Counted from the first letter of the stretch, positions 28,978 to 37,848 are shown. The stretch is 64,000 nucleotides of DNA from Burkholderiales bacterium (GCA_023701005.1 JAMPXW010000001.1:35769-99768); one strand, 5' to 3'. Numbers and translations are program-made. Notes: generated by a model from the letters alone, not told the origin.

Positions 28978-29168
28978 AAATTATAAAAATTAAACTAATA
29001 ATGAATAATAAAAAGAATTATAGACTTTTCGATTTCCTATAATCCACCCATTGAATATACCAGTTTTAAATTAAAAAGCAAATATGCAAAGTTGGCAATA
29101 CTCTTTGTTTTATTGATTAATTTGATGTTTTTTCTATCTGGTTTAATTGCCATATTTCTGATATACTT

Positions 29169-29885
29169 ATGGTAGGTCAATTTATCAGATTTAACAAAAA
29201 AATTATGAAAAAATATTTAAACTTATTTATTATAACTACCTTAGTAATGTCATCTTTTGGAATCATTTCTACTGCAAAAGCAGAGGAAGCAAAGAAGGGC
29301 TACCCTATCTTTGGAGAAGAAGTAAAAGATTTGAGAGAAGAAATTAATGAACAGAAAGATGAAATAAAAAATGAAGTCAGAGAAAGGTTAGAAAATGGAG
29401 AGAGTGAAACGGGAGAAAAAGTTAGAACAAGAGAAGAAGAAAGAGAAATGTTAAGAGAAGAAGCAAAAGCAAAATTTGAGGCCCTCAAAGAAGCTATTAA
29501 AAAAGAAAAAAATAAAGTAAAAGCAAAAATTGCAGAAATGCGAATAGAAAGTAGAGAAAAAGCATTAGAAAATATGGACAAAACGATAGAAAAAGTCTCA
29601 GAGCTTAAAGATAGAGTAAATTCTCAAATGATGAAACTGGAAGAAAAGAAAGTAGATGTCGCTGGAGCAAAGACTTTTATAGTTACAGCTGAAAGTAAAT
29701 TAAATGAAGCAAAGTTAAAAATAGCAGAAATTAATTCACTTTTTGGAGATTCAATCAACCAGCTCTCTCTAGAACAAAAAGATAAATTAAAGACATTGAC
29801 AGAAGAAACACAAAATCTAATAAAAGAAACACGCCAAAGCCTCAATGATGCGGTCAAATCATTAAAAAGTGCCATTACAAATTAA
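29169..29885 (+). CDS. secreted/anchored Lys-Glu-rich coiled-coil protein (alternative start at Met13 MKKYLNLF)
   Basis: N-terminal hydrophobic segment followed by heptad-rich KE sequence. Confidence 0.45.
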   Translation: MVGQFIRFNKKIMKKYLNLFIITTLVMSSFGIISTAKAEEAKKGYPIFGEEVKDLREEINEQKDEIKNEVRERLENGESETGEKVRTREEEREMLREEAKAKFEALKEAIKKEKNKVKAKIAEMRIESREKALENMDKTIEKVSELKDRVNSQMMKLEEKKVDVAGAKTFIVTAESKLNEAKLKIAEINSLFGDSINQLSLEQKDKLKTLTEETQNLIKETRQSLNDAVKSLKSAITN

Positions 29886-29899
29886 TTTAAAATAAAATT

Positions 29900-30133
29900 A
29901 TGGAACCAAATAAAAAATCAAACGGGGCATTAATTGGATCAATAATTATAATACTCATACTCGTAATTGGCGGTATATATATTTGGCAATCTAAAACAGC
30001 GAAGGAAGCCGAGATGAAAAAAATTCAAGAAGAAAATCTAATGCAATTGGAAGCAAATGAATTAAAAGCTTTAGAGCAATATCTAAACGAGACAGATACT
30101 GAAATAAATATTGATCTAAATAACATAAATTAA
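29900..30133 (+). CDS. small single-pass membrane protein
   Basis: 77-aa ORF with a TM helix LIGSIIIILILVIGGIYIW. Confidence 0.4.
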   Translation: MEPNKKSNGALIGSIIIILILVIGGIYIWQSKTAKEAEMKKIQEENLMQLEANELKALEQYLNETDTEINIDLNNIN

Positions 30134-30137
30134 AAAT

Positions 30138-30410
30138 ATGAGAGATTATTTTGACAGAGCGCCAGGAATAAATAAGGCAAGAGAGATAGAACAACAATTA
30201 GAACTTTTCAAAAAAGACCCGGAAGAATTTTTTGAAAAATTAAAAAGACACTCTCCTAATGAATTTACTGTTAAAAGTGAAATAAGCAAATTACTAACTG
30301 AAATAAATTTTCCCCTCACAGACAAATCACCTGAGGGGAAAATATATTCTAGCTATGATTCTGAATATTTAAAAAATATATTAAAAAATGAGCTAAAAAA
30401 AGCTGCATAA
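30138..30410 (+). CDS. hypothetical 90-aa protein
   Basis: ORF in an operon-like arrangement after the two preceding small genes. Confidence 0.35.
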   Translation: MRDYFDRAPGINKAREIEQQLELFKKDPEEFFEKLKRHSPNEFTVKSEISKLLTEINFPLTDKSPEGKIYSSYDSEYLKNILKNELKKAA

Positions 30411-30421
30411 AAAAATTAGGA

Positions 30422-30492
30422 AATTCTTTTTTTGGCATACGCAATATTAATCTCGTGAGCCATATTCAAGTTCGAGTGCGAGCCATGAAAAA
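30422..30492. repeat. ~70-bp repeat, copy 1 (intergenic, upstream of tig); about 88% identical to 50499..50570 inside murI
   Basis: Hand alignment of ...GGCATACGCAATATTAATCTCGTGAGCCATATTCAAGTTCGAGTGCGAGCCATGAAAAAG against the murI segment. Confidence 0.5.
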
Positions 30493-30553
30493 GGATTACC
30501 TAATTTTTTTGTACAAATTTGAAAAAAAGCATCTTTTAGTATAAAGTAAAGAA

Positions 30554-31675
30554 ATGCAAATAAAAATAAACAAATTACCAAAAAGTGAGGTTGAAATCGA
30601 AGGAGAATTAAGTGCCGATGTGTTTGAAACGTATTTCAATAAAGCTTTAAAAGCTATAGGTGAGCATGTAGAGATAGACGGTTTTCGTAAAGGCAAAATA
30701 CCTGAAAATGTCTTACTCTCAAAGGTTCCAGAAGCTCAAATACTAGGAGAAATGGCAGAAATGGCTTTGAGTGAACACTATCCAAAAATATTAGAAGATG
30801 AAAAAATAGACGCTATATCACGTCCAGAAATTTCTATTACCAAACTTGCTCGCAACAATCCATTAGAATTCAAAATTAAGACTGCAGTTATGCCAGAAAT
30901 GACTCTCCCAAATTACAAAGATATAGCAAAGAAAGTCCTTTCAGATATAAAAGAAGAAGACAAAAAAGTAGAACCAACAGAAAAAGAAGTTGAAGACACG
31001 ATAATGGATATCAGAAAATCCCGTGCTCCAAAAATCCACATGGCGGCCGCGTCCTCCGAAGCTTTAGCGAAGGAGGAAAAAACTTCCCATGAACATAAAG
31101 AAGGAGAAGCTTGCGATCATGAAGACCATAAAGAAAAAGAAATAAAAGAAGAAGAACTCCCTCCTTTCAATGATGAATTCGTGCAGGCTCTCGGACCCTT
31201 CAAAGATATAACTGATTTTAAAGATAAATTAAAAGAAAATATAAAATTAGAAAAAGAAAATCAATTAAAAGAAAAAGCTAGATTAAAAATCGTTGAAAAA
31301 ATAATTGATGATACGAAAGTTGAACTTCCAGATATCTTAGTAGAAGTAGAATTGGATAAAATTTTATATAGAATGGAATCAGACATAACTCAAATGGGAT
31401 TAAAATTTGAAGATTATCTAAAACATTTGAATAAAACAGTAGAAGAAATAAGGAAAGAATTTAGAAATGATGCAGAAAAGAAAGCTAAGCTCGCTCTTGT
31501 TTTAAACAAGATAGCTGTAAATGAAAAAATAGAAGCTGATAAAGAACAAGTGGCCAAAGAAGTAGCGATGATCTTAGAACATTACAAAGATGCAGATCCT
31601 GAAAGAGCTCAAATGCATGCAGAAAATGTTTTAGTCAACGAAAAAGTTTTCCAATTCTTAGAAGAACAAAAATAA
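30554..31675 (+). CDS. tig: trigger factor, short form apparently lacking the PPIase domain
   Basis: N-terminal ribosome-binding domain (GFRKGKIP) and C-terminal arm with LPPFNDEFVQALGPF. An acidic/His-rich ~60-aa segment replaces the PPIase domain. Confidence 0.8.
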   Translation: MQIKINKLPKSEVEIEGELSADVFETYFNKALKAIGEHVEIDGFRKGKIPENVLLSKVPEAQILGEMAEMALSEHYPKILEDEKIDAISRPEISITKLARNNPLEFKIKTAVMPEMTLPNYKDIAKKVLSDIKEEDKKVEPTEKEVEDTIMDIRKSRAPKIHMAAASSEALAKEEKTSHEHKEGEACDHEDHKEKEIKEEELPPFNDEFVQALGPFKDITDFKDKLKENIKLEKENQLKEKARLKIVEKIIDDTKVELPDILVEVELDKILYRMESDITQMGLKFEDYLKHLNKTVEEIRKEFRNDAEKKAKLALVLNKIAVNEKIEADKEQVAKEVAMILEHYKDADPERAQMHAENVLVNEKVFQFLEEQK

Positions 31676-31685
31676 ATACACAATC

Positions 31686-31720
31686 AAAAACCTCCCGAGG
31701 ATAACCCTCGGGAGGTTTTT
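31686..31720. terminator. hairpin AACCTCCCGAGG-ATAAC-CCTCGGGAGGTT flanked by A5/T5; serves as tig terminator and as left REP-like hairpin of the transposase
   Basis: Seen directly. The same CCCGAGGATAACCCTCGGG palindrome recurs at 32379..32399. Confidence 0.6.
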
Positions 31721-32402
31721 ATGTTATGATTACTACATGGAACGAAAAACAAAACTCGAGGTAGAGGAATTCTATCATATATATAATCGTGGTGTAGAAA
31801 AACGAAAAATATTTCAAGTTTATTCTGATTACAAAAGATTCCTGGCTTTACTTTATATCGCAAACAATGACCAACCATTACACATAAAAGATTTCGGTTA
31901 TATGTCCCTCGAAGAAATCTTTAAACAAGATCGTGGGGAACAATTAGTAGCAATAGGAGCATATTGCCTAATGCCGAATCATTTTCATTTATTACTTACT
32001 CCCCTTGTAGATGGAGGGATATCAAAATTTATGTTAAAACTTCAAACCGGGTATTCTATGTATTTTAATAAAAAAAATGATAGAGTTGGTCCATTATTTC
32101 AAGGAACTTTCAAATCAAAACACGCAACCGATGATTTATATTTAAAATATATTTATGCATATATTCACCTCAATCCAGCAAAACTAAAAAATCCAAATTG
32201 GAAAACTCAGTCAAGAAGTTTTTTAACTGAACTTGAAAAATTTGTTGCTGAATATCCATATTCAAGTTTACAAGAATACATTTCTTTAAATTATAAGATA
32301 ATAAATCCAGCACCATTCCCCGTTGAAGGGAAAGACATAATAGATTACGACACTATAATAAACGATTTTTCTGAATTTCCCGAGGATAACCCTCGGGAGA
32401 TT
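31686..32402 (+). mobile_element. REP-associated tyrosine transposase (IS200/IS605-like Y1 HuH) unit flanked by identical palindromic hairpins
   Basis: A TnpA-like CDS lies between two copies of CCCGAGGATAACCCTCGGG. Confidence 0.5.
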
Positions 32403-32405
32403 TAA
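31737..32405 (+). CDS. IS200-like/RAYT Y1 transposase
   Basis: HuH motif MPNHFHLL, GPLFQGTF, catalytic Tyr region YIYAYIHLNPAK and RAYT-like YPYSSLQEY. The C-terminal codons overlap the right hairpin. Confidence 0.65.
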   Translation: MERKTKLEVEEFYHIYNRGVEKRKIFQVYSDYKRFLALLYIANNDQPLHIKDFGYMSLEEIFKQDRGEQLVAIGAYCLMPNHFHLLLTPLVDGGISKFMLKLQTGYSMYFNKKNDRVGPLFQGTFKSKHATDDLYLKYIYAYIHLNPAKLKNPNWKTQSRSFLTELEKFVAEYPYSSLQEYISLNYKIINPAPFPVEGKDIIDYDTIINDFSEFPEDNPREI

Positions 32406-32410
32406 GTCAT

Positions 32411-32791
32411 TTAAAACAAAGGTAAAATAAAATGATAATAGATCAAGGAAATCAAGAACCAATACAAAGAAAATCGTAAACAAATTAAACCCATGAAATT
32501 AAATTTTTCATGAGAATAATCCCACAGCCTAACTTTTTTTATCTTTAAATCTAGATAACCGGTCAAAAATTCAACCAATGTTGGAACTATAAAAATCAAA
32601 ATTAATCTATAAATTAATGCTATCTCTAAAAAACTAATAATAGCCAAGAATGTTCCTATTAAGGCATACATCTGAGCATCAATTAATTTAGGTTTTATTA
32701 ATTTTTTATGTTCGATAGATCTATAAACAAACTCCAAAATAAAACCGACAAATAAACCAATAAAAAAATTCAAAACAATTTGTAAAAACAT
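32411..32791 (-). CDS. hypothetical membrane protein
   Basis: 126-aa ORF with three or four TM helices. Confidence 0.4.
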   Translation of the reverse strand: MFLQIVLNFFIGLFVGFILEFVYRSIEHKKLIKPKLIDAQMYALIGTFLAIISFLEIALIYRLILIFIVPTLVEFLTGYLDLKIKKVRLWDYSHEKFNFMGLICLRFSLYWFLISLIYYHFILPLF

Positions 32792-32793
32792 AT

Positions 32794-33018
32794 TTATATA
32801 TCTTTAATTAATTTATCTATTTTTAATGATCTAAATATTTTTTTGTTTAAAGCCATCCTCAAAAAAGACAATGTTTTTTCTTTTCCTACTAGCCAAACAA
32901 AACCCAAAGCTACCAATAAAGTACTCCCCGGAATTGGGAAAATATAAGAAATTAATCCTAATATTATTAAAAATATTCCTATCAATTTGTGAAAAATTTC
33001 TAATTCTAATTTTTTCAT
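32794..33018 (-). CDS. small membrane protein
   Basis: 74-aa ORF with two TM helices. Confidence 0.4.
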   Translation of the reverse strand: MKKLELEIFHKLIGIFLIILGLISYIFPIPGSTLLVALGFVWLVGKEKTLSFLRMALNKKIFRSLKIDKLIKDI

Positions 33019-33096
33019 AAGAACTTAATTTTATTATAAACTAAATATAAAAAAATAAACACTTGAAAATTAAGTCTAAAAGAATATAATAACCTT

Positions 33097-33693
33097 ATGT
33101 TAATACCAACAGTTATTGAAAAATCACAATTTGGCGAAAGAGCTTATGATATTTATTCACGTCTTTTGAGAGAAAGAATAGTATTTTTAGCTGGGCCGAT
33201 AGACGATAATGTAGCAAATATTGTCATTGCTCAACTTTTATTCCTTGAATCCGAAGATTCTAAAAAAGATATTTCACTTTATGTAAATTCCCCTGGAGGT
33301 TCTGTCACTTCCACTCTAGCCATAGTAGACACGATGAATCATGTCCGTCCTGATATTTCTACTTTTTGTGTAGGAATGGCAGCTTCTGGTGCAGCTATCA
33401 TTTTGTCAGCTGGTAAAAAAGGCAAAAGATTTATATTACCAAATGCAGAAGTCATGATACATCAACCATTGGGAGGAGTAGAAGGACAAGCGACAGACAT
33501 AGCCATCACTGCAAAGCATATATTGAAGACTAGAGATAATTTAAATAAAATTTTAGCTAAAAATACAGGCAAGCCACTAACTCAGATAGAAAAAGATGTA
33601 GAAAGAGATTTCTTTATGGATGCAGATGAAGCTAAAAAATATGGAATTATAGACGAGATAGTCACTAAATCCAAAACTCCTGCTATAAAATAA
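33097..33693 (+). CDS. clpP: ATP-dependent Clp protease proteolytic subunit
   Basis: Catalytic Ser in GMAASGAA and His in MIHQPLGG, with the ClpP fold length. Confidence 0.9.
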   Translation: MLIPTVIEKSQFGERAYDIYSRLLRERIVFLAGPIDDNVANIVIAQLLFLESEDSKKDISLYVNSPGGSVTSTLAIVDTMNHVRPDISTFCVGMAASGAAIILSAGKKGKRFILPNAEVMIHQPLGGVEGQATDIAITAKHILKTRDNLNKILAKNTGKPLTQIEKDVERDFFMDADEAKKYGIIDEIVTKSKTPAIK

Positions 33694-33781
33694 TTAACCT
33701 AAAATAAAAAATAAATACCTACCAATCATAAAGACTGGCAGGTATTGGTCACCAATGTATGGGGAGGATACATTGGCAAAA

Positions 33782-33976
33782 TTATGTATGCCCGTTACCA
33801 TAACGAGCTCGTGTTCCTGATTTTCCACCAGGACTAGGAAAATGTCCCATTTTAAAACTTTTAGTAGTGGGAGCAGACAAAAGATCTTCCCTCGGATCAA
33901 AAAAATTTGATCCATATCTTTTTTTTAAATTAGTAACTTTTTTCTTCTTGGTTACTTCAACTTTTTTCTCCGCCAT
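33782..33976 (-). CDS. small basic protein MAEKKVEVTKKKKVTNLKKRYGSN... (hypothetical)
   Basis: Hand-read start with an AAGGGG RBS. Preferred over the overlapping hydrophobic ORF 33694..33915. Confidence 0.25.
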   Translation of the reverse strand: MAEKKVEVTKKKKVTNLKKRYGSNFFDPREDLLSAPTTKSFKMGHFPSPGGKSGTRARYGNGHT

Positions 33977-34279
33977 TTGAAACCCCTTCAATAAATGGAT
34001 AAAATATTTTAGTTCTATAAAAGAACTGACCTGTTTGTATTATCGCACAAATTTAAAAAAAATGCAAATCATGGACAATGTGGTCTTTATTTGTTATATT
34101 AAATATGTTGAATTTTAAAAATTTATTTCACTTGGTTTATAAGAATATTCCATATATGTTGTTGCAAGATAAAACTTTAAAGACGAAATTTACAAAATTA
34201 AGCGAACAAATTCGTATTTTTTGTGTAGAAGCGAAACTACAAATATAGTGGCTTGTTTTTATAAGTCAAAACAAGACTT

Positions 34280-35809
34280 ATGAGCACATTAATAATAATT
34301 CTGATAGGAGTAGGCGTACTCCTTTTGGGAGTTGGAATCGGATACTATCTCCGAGTTATCGTCGCATTAGGAAAGAGGAAATCTATAGAAATAGATATCA
34401 AACAAATGTTGGTCGGTGCTAAAGAAGAAGCACAAAAGATCACAGATGAAGCTAAAAACAAAGTCGAAAAGAGATTAGCTGAATTAAAAGAAGAAGAAAA
34501 AAGACACGAAATAGAATTTAAAGAAACAGAAAAAAGACTTATCAAAAAAGATGAGTTTTTAGATGCAAGACAAGTAGAGATAAACAAAGAAGCTGAAAAC
34601 ATCAAAGTAAAAGTAGAAGAAGTCAAAAAAGTACAAGAAAGGGTCTTGGGGCTAGAAGCAGAAAAAAGAACTGAATTAGAAAGAGTTTCTAAATTAACCA
34701 TAGAAGAAGCAAAAGAAGAGTTGATGAGAGAAATTGAAAAGAAATATGAAGAAGACATATTAATCAGAATCCAAAAACTAGAAAATAACAACGAAGAAAA
34801 ATTAGACAAGAGGGCAAAAGAAATTTTGGCTACTTCTATTCAACGTTTAGCTTCAAGTACTGCTTCTGAACTCATGACGACGACGGTCAGCATCCCAAAT
34901 AATGAGATAAAAGGTAAAGTTATCGGTAAAGAAGGCCGAAATATAAGGGCTTTTGAAAGAGCAGCTGGTGTAGAGCTCATAGTCGATGACACACCTGGTT
35001 CTATAATAATATCTTCATTCGACCCTATCAGAAGACAAGTTGCTCGCCTAGCATTAGAGAATCTAATATTAGATGGCCGTATTCAACCAGCAAAGATAGA
35101 AGAATTAGTAGAAAAGGCTAAAGAAGAAATAAACAAAATAATTAAAGAAAAAGGAGAACAAGCTGTCTATGAATGTGGTATCTTCAATTTTGATCCACGA
35201 ATAGTAGCTATCATCGGAAGATTATATTTCCGTACAAGTTATGGACAAAATGTTCTTCAACATTCCATAGAGATGGCTCATATAGCAGGAATGATCGCTG
35301 AGGAATTAGGAGCAGATGTCGCAATAGCAAAAGCTGGAGCACTCGTACATGACATAGGTAAGGCACTCGATCATGAAGTACAAGGCACACACATAGAAAT
35401 AGGTATGAGAATATTGCAGAAATTTGGAGCAGACGAACGCATAATTACTGCAATGAAATCCCACCACGAAGATCATCCTTATGAAACGATAGAAGCTGTG
35501 ATAGTTCAGACAGCCGATGCTATCTCAGGAGGCAGACCAGGAGCTAGACGAGATTCTGTAGAAAATTATCTAAAGAGATTACAAGAGCTCGAAGCACTCG
35601 TAAATGCTTTCCCCGGCATAGAAAAATCCTATGCATTACAAGCAGGACGTGAAATACGCATATTTGTCACACCAGATAAAGTTTCTGATGCTGAAGCTAA
35701 GTTAATGGCGCATGATATAGCTGTAAAAATAGAACAAGAATTAAAATACCCTGGAGAAATCAAGGTTACGATGATCAGAGAGACAAGAATCATCGAATAT
35801 GCTAGATAA
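34280..35809 (+). CDS. rny: ribonuclease Y
   Basis: N-terminal TM, coiled coil, KH domain (IGKEGRNIRAFERAAG) and HD domain (LVHDIGKA). Confidence 0.9.
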   Translation: MSTLIIILIGVGVLLLGVGIGYYLRVIVALGKRKSIEIDIKQMLVGAKEEAQKITDEAKNKVEKRLAELKEEEKRHEIEFKETEKRLIKKDEFLDARQVEINKEAENIKVKVEEVKKVQERVLGLEAEKRTELERVSKLTIEEAKEELMREIEKKYEEDILIRIQKLENNNEEKLDKRAKEILATSIQRLASSTASELMTTTVSIPNNEIKGKVIGKEGRNIRAFERAAGVELIVDDTPGSIIISSFDPIRRQVARLALENLILDGRIQPAKIEELVEKAKEEINKIIKEKGEQAVYECGIFNFDPRIVAIIGRLYFRTSYGQNVLQHSIEMAHIAGMIAEELGADVAIAKAGALVHDIGKALDHEVQGTHIEIGMRILQKFGADERIITAMKSHHEDHPYETIEAVIVQTADAISGGRPGARRDSVENYLKRLQELEALVNAFPGIEKSYALQAGREIRIFVTPDKVSDAEAKLMAHDIAVKIEQELKYPGEIKVTMIRETRIIEYAR

Positions 35810-35910
35810 ATCTTCTGCTATTGCCTAAAAAAACCCTTGATATATAATGTATAGGTAGTAATTATATAAGTAATTGGTCGAAAGAATTATAAAAATAACC
35901 TTACAAAACT

Positions 35911-36183
35911 ATGAACAAACAAGCATTAGCTGAATTGGTACACGGTAAACTTGGTGGTACAAAAGTACAAGCTGAGGAAATCGTAGATTCATTGTTTGAT
36001 GCTATCGTTGGAACCTTAAAAAAGGGAGGCGAAGTATCAATTGCTGGTTTCGGAATCTTTTCCGTAAAAGGACGTGCTGCAAGAATGGCTCGCAATCCAA
36101 AAACTGGAGAACAAGTCAAAGTTGCTGCAAAGAAAGTTCCAAAATTCAGAGCTGCAAAAGCTTTGAAGGATGCAGTCGAATAA
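35911..36183 (+). CDS. hup: HU-family DNA-binding protein
   Basis: GFGIFSVKGRAARMARNPKTGEQV arm motif. Confidence 0.9.
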   Translation: MNKQALAELVHGKLGGTKVQAEEIVDSLFDAIVGTLKKGGEVSIAGFGIFSVKGRAARMARNPKTGEQVKVAAKKVPKFRAAKALKDAVE

Positions 36184-36250
36184 TTCTTTTCTACTGTAAT
36201 ACGTAGAAAGGTCGCGCGACCTACCTGCCGGTAGGCAGGAAAGAATTAGC

Positions 36251-36285
36251 TCTTTAAAACACCCTCGCAAGAGGGTGTTTTTGTT
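36251..36285 (+). terminator. terminator AACACCCTC-GCAA-GAGGGTGTTTTTGTTTT after hup
   Basis: Seen directly. It is preceded by extra GC-rich palindromes. Confidence 0.55.
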
Positions 36286-36939
36286 TTAGATATTATTTTT
36301 AGGAAAACCTACATAAGCTTTTATATATTTTGTACCATTTATAGTAAGAGCGATAGAACGCATACAACCATCATCAATATCATATTTGGTTTGTTTTTTT
36401 AATCTTTTTCTGCCTCTTGTCCCAGTTCCACCCAAAAACATTATAGGAAACAAATATTTCTCATCTTGTAATTCACTAACATTGGTTTTCAACATATTTA
36501 ATATTGTATACTTTGATCTAACATCACCAAAATCCTTCAAACCATCCATCATTGCCTCTTTAAACTTCTCTGCCGTCTCCAAAAGAGAACCATTTGTCCA
36601 CAATAGTGGTAATTCACCAGCACGTCTCCAAACTCCAACTTCTTTAGGATCTACCTCCATTAAATACCAATCACTATTATCATAAGCAATTAATCTTTTT
36701 TTCCATTCTTTTTTAATTATCTTATCAAGTTCTTTTTCTTGCATGAGAAGAACCTTTCTTTTTATCTCAACTAACTTTTTATGAAAATCTTCCAAAGAAA
36801 TTTGTTTCAAAAAACCTTTTCTAAACAAAAAATTCAAAAAACTAGAAAAAGGTCCATCAATTCTTTGTTTTCTTACTAAATTAGATATAACAAATGTCCT
36901 TTTCACCTCAAGAACATTTATTTCATTCAATGAATCCAT
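36286..36939 (-). CDS. hypothetical 217-aa protein immediately downstream of lexA (candidate SOS-regulon member)
   Basis: ORF with no recognisable motif. It starts 22 nt after the lexA stop on the same strand. Confidence 0.45.
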   Translation of the reverse strand: MDSLNEINVLEVKRTFVISNLVRKQRIDGPFSSFLNFLFRKGFLKQISLEDFHKKLVEIKRKVLLMQEKELDKIIKKEWKKRLIAYDNSDWYLMEVDPKEVGVWRRAGELPLLWTNGSLLETAEKFKEAMMDGLKDFGDVRSKYTILNMLKTNVSELQDEKYLFPIMFLGGTGTRGRKRLKKQTKYDIDDGCMRSIALTINGTKYIKAYVGFPKNNI

Positions 36940-36960
36940 TATAAAATTCTAACATAGATC

Positions 36961-37530
36961 TTAATATTTTCTTATTACTGCCTTTACGACAGCATTAATA
37001 TTCAAAGAATGTTCAGGATAAATATTGTTATATTTTTTATTAGCTGGCTGTAGCCACACCTTATTCCCTTCTTTTCTAAAATACTTCATTGTAAATTCTC
37101 CATCAACTTCTGCTATCACTATCTGCATATCTTTAGCTGTATTCGTTTTTTCCACCAAAACCATATCACCTTTTTCTATGTGTGCATCTATCATAGAGTC
37201 TCCATCAACTTCAAGCATGTAAGTCGATGCTTTATTTTTTACAAGTAAATCGTCTAAGTTTACAGAATCCGCCAACTCTTCTTCGACTGTTGCAGGCAAG
37301 CCTGCAGTCACAAAACCAAGCATCGGAATTTCTCCAAAAGATTGAGAAGGGATTAATCTCCCTAAATGATCTTTAGCTACCAATCCTTCATCGATAAGTT
37401 TGTTAACAATTTTAAAAACTGCATTCTTGGATTTAAAACTAAAAATATCCATCATCTCCCTGTATGTTGGCATTCTTTTGTTTTTGGAATAAAAATCTTC
37501 TATTTTTGTCTGGTAAATATTTTTAGCCAT
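36961..37530 (-). CDS. lexA: LexA repressor
   Basis: N-terminal wHTH and C-terminal S24 peptidase with LGFVTAGLPA (cleavage site), GDSM (Ser) and a Lys dyad region. Confidence 0.85.
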   Translation of the reverse strand: MAKNIYQTKIEDFYSKNKRMPTYREMMDIFSFKSKNAVFKIVNKLIDEGLVAKDHLGRLIPSQSFGEIPMLGFVTAGLPATVEEELADSVNLDDLLVKNKASTYMLEVDGDSMIDAHIEKGDMVLVEKTNTAKDMQIVIAEVDGEFTMKYFRKEGNKVWLQPANKKYNNIYPEHSLNINAVVKAVIRKY

Positions 37531-37533
37531 AAA

Positions 37534-37743
37534 TTAGAAAAAGGAAGCGATTCTAAAACTAGGAGAAGAAAGGAGTCTCTTGAAAAAAGATTGTCTATTG
37601 TAAAAACGGACTTTCTTCAAAAGAAGTTTGTGGTCATGAGCTTCTTTTTTATATTCTTCCCCCCTTAATATCTTGAAATCAATTATTCTATTGATTCTCG
37701 CTATCTCCTTCTCTATTGTTTTTAAATATTGTTTTTGTGACAT
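37534..37743 (-). CDS. small basic ORF upstream of lexA, possibly co-transcribed
   Basis: 69-aa ORF with an AGGGA RBS. It ends 4 nt before the lexA start. Function unknown. Confidence 0.3.
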   Translation of the reverse strand: MSQKQYLKTIEKEIARINRIIDFKILRGEEYKKEAHDHKLLLKKVRFYNRQSFFKRLLSSPSFRIASFF

Positions 37744-37819
37744 ACGCTTATTCCCTGCAAACTTTATGCAAAGCAGGATTTATTAAATTATTACTAAATG
37801 ACCTATGTGTATAGTATAG

Positions 37820-37835
37820 GTGAACGAGCGTTCAC
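37820..37835. promoter_or_regulatory. Cheo-type LexA/SOS box GTGAACGAGCGTTCAC (GAAC-N4-GTTC)
   Basis: Perfect palindrome upstream of the small-ORF-lexA operon. Confidence 0.55.
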
Positions 37836-37848
37836 TGTCAAATACTTC

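Noticed and set aside
31737-32405. The transposase taken as 222 aa including translated hairpin residues (…EFPEDNPREI).
   Set aside because: The last ~8 codons are the right REP hairpin itself. The functional protein likely ends near the hairpin, so the exact C-terminus is uncertain rather than biologically meaningful.
33694-33915. 73-aa ORF MDQIFLIRGKIF... overlapping the small basic ORF.
   Set aside because: Its composition is hydrophobic and random-looking, with no RBS. The overlapping frame (33782..33976) has an RBS and a plausible basic product.
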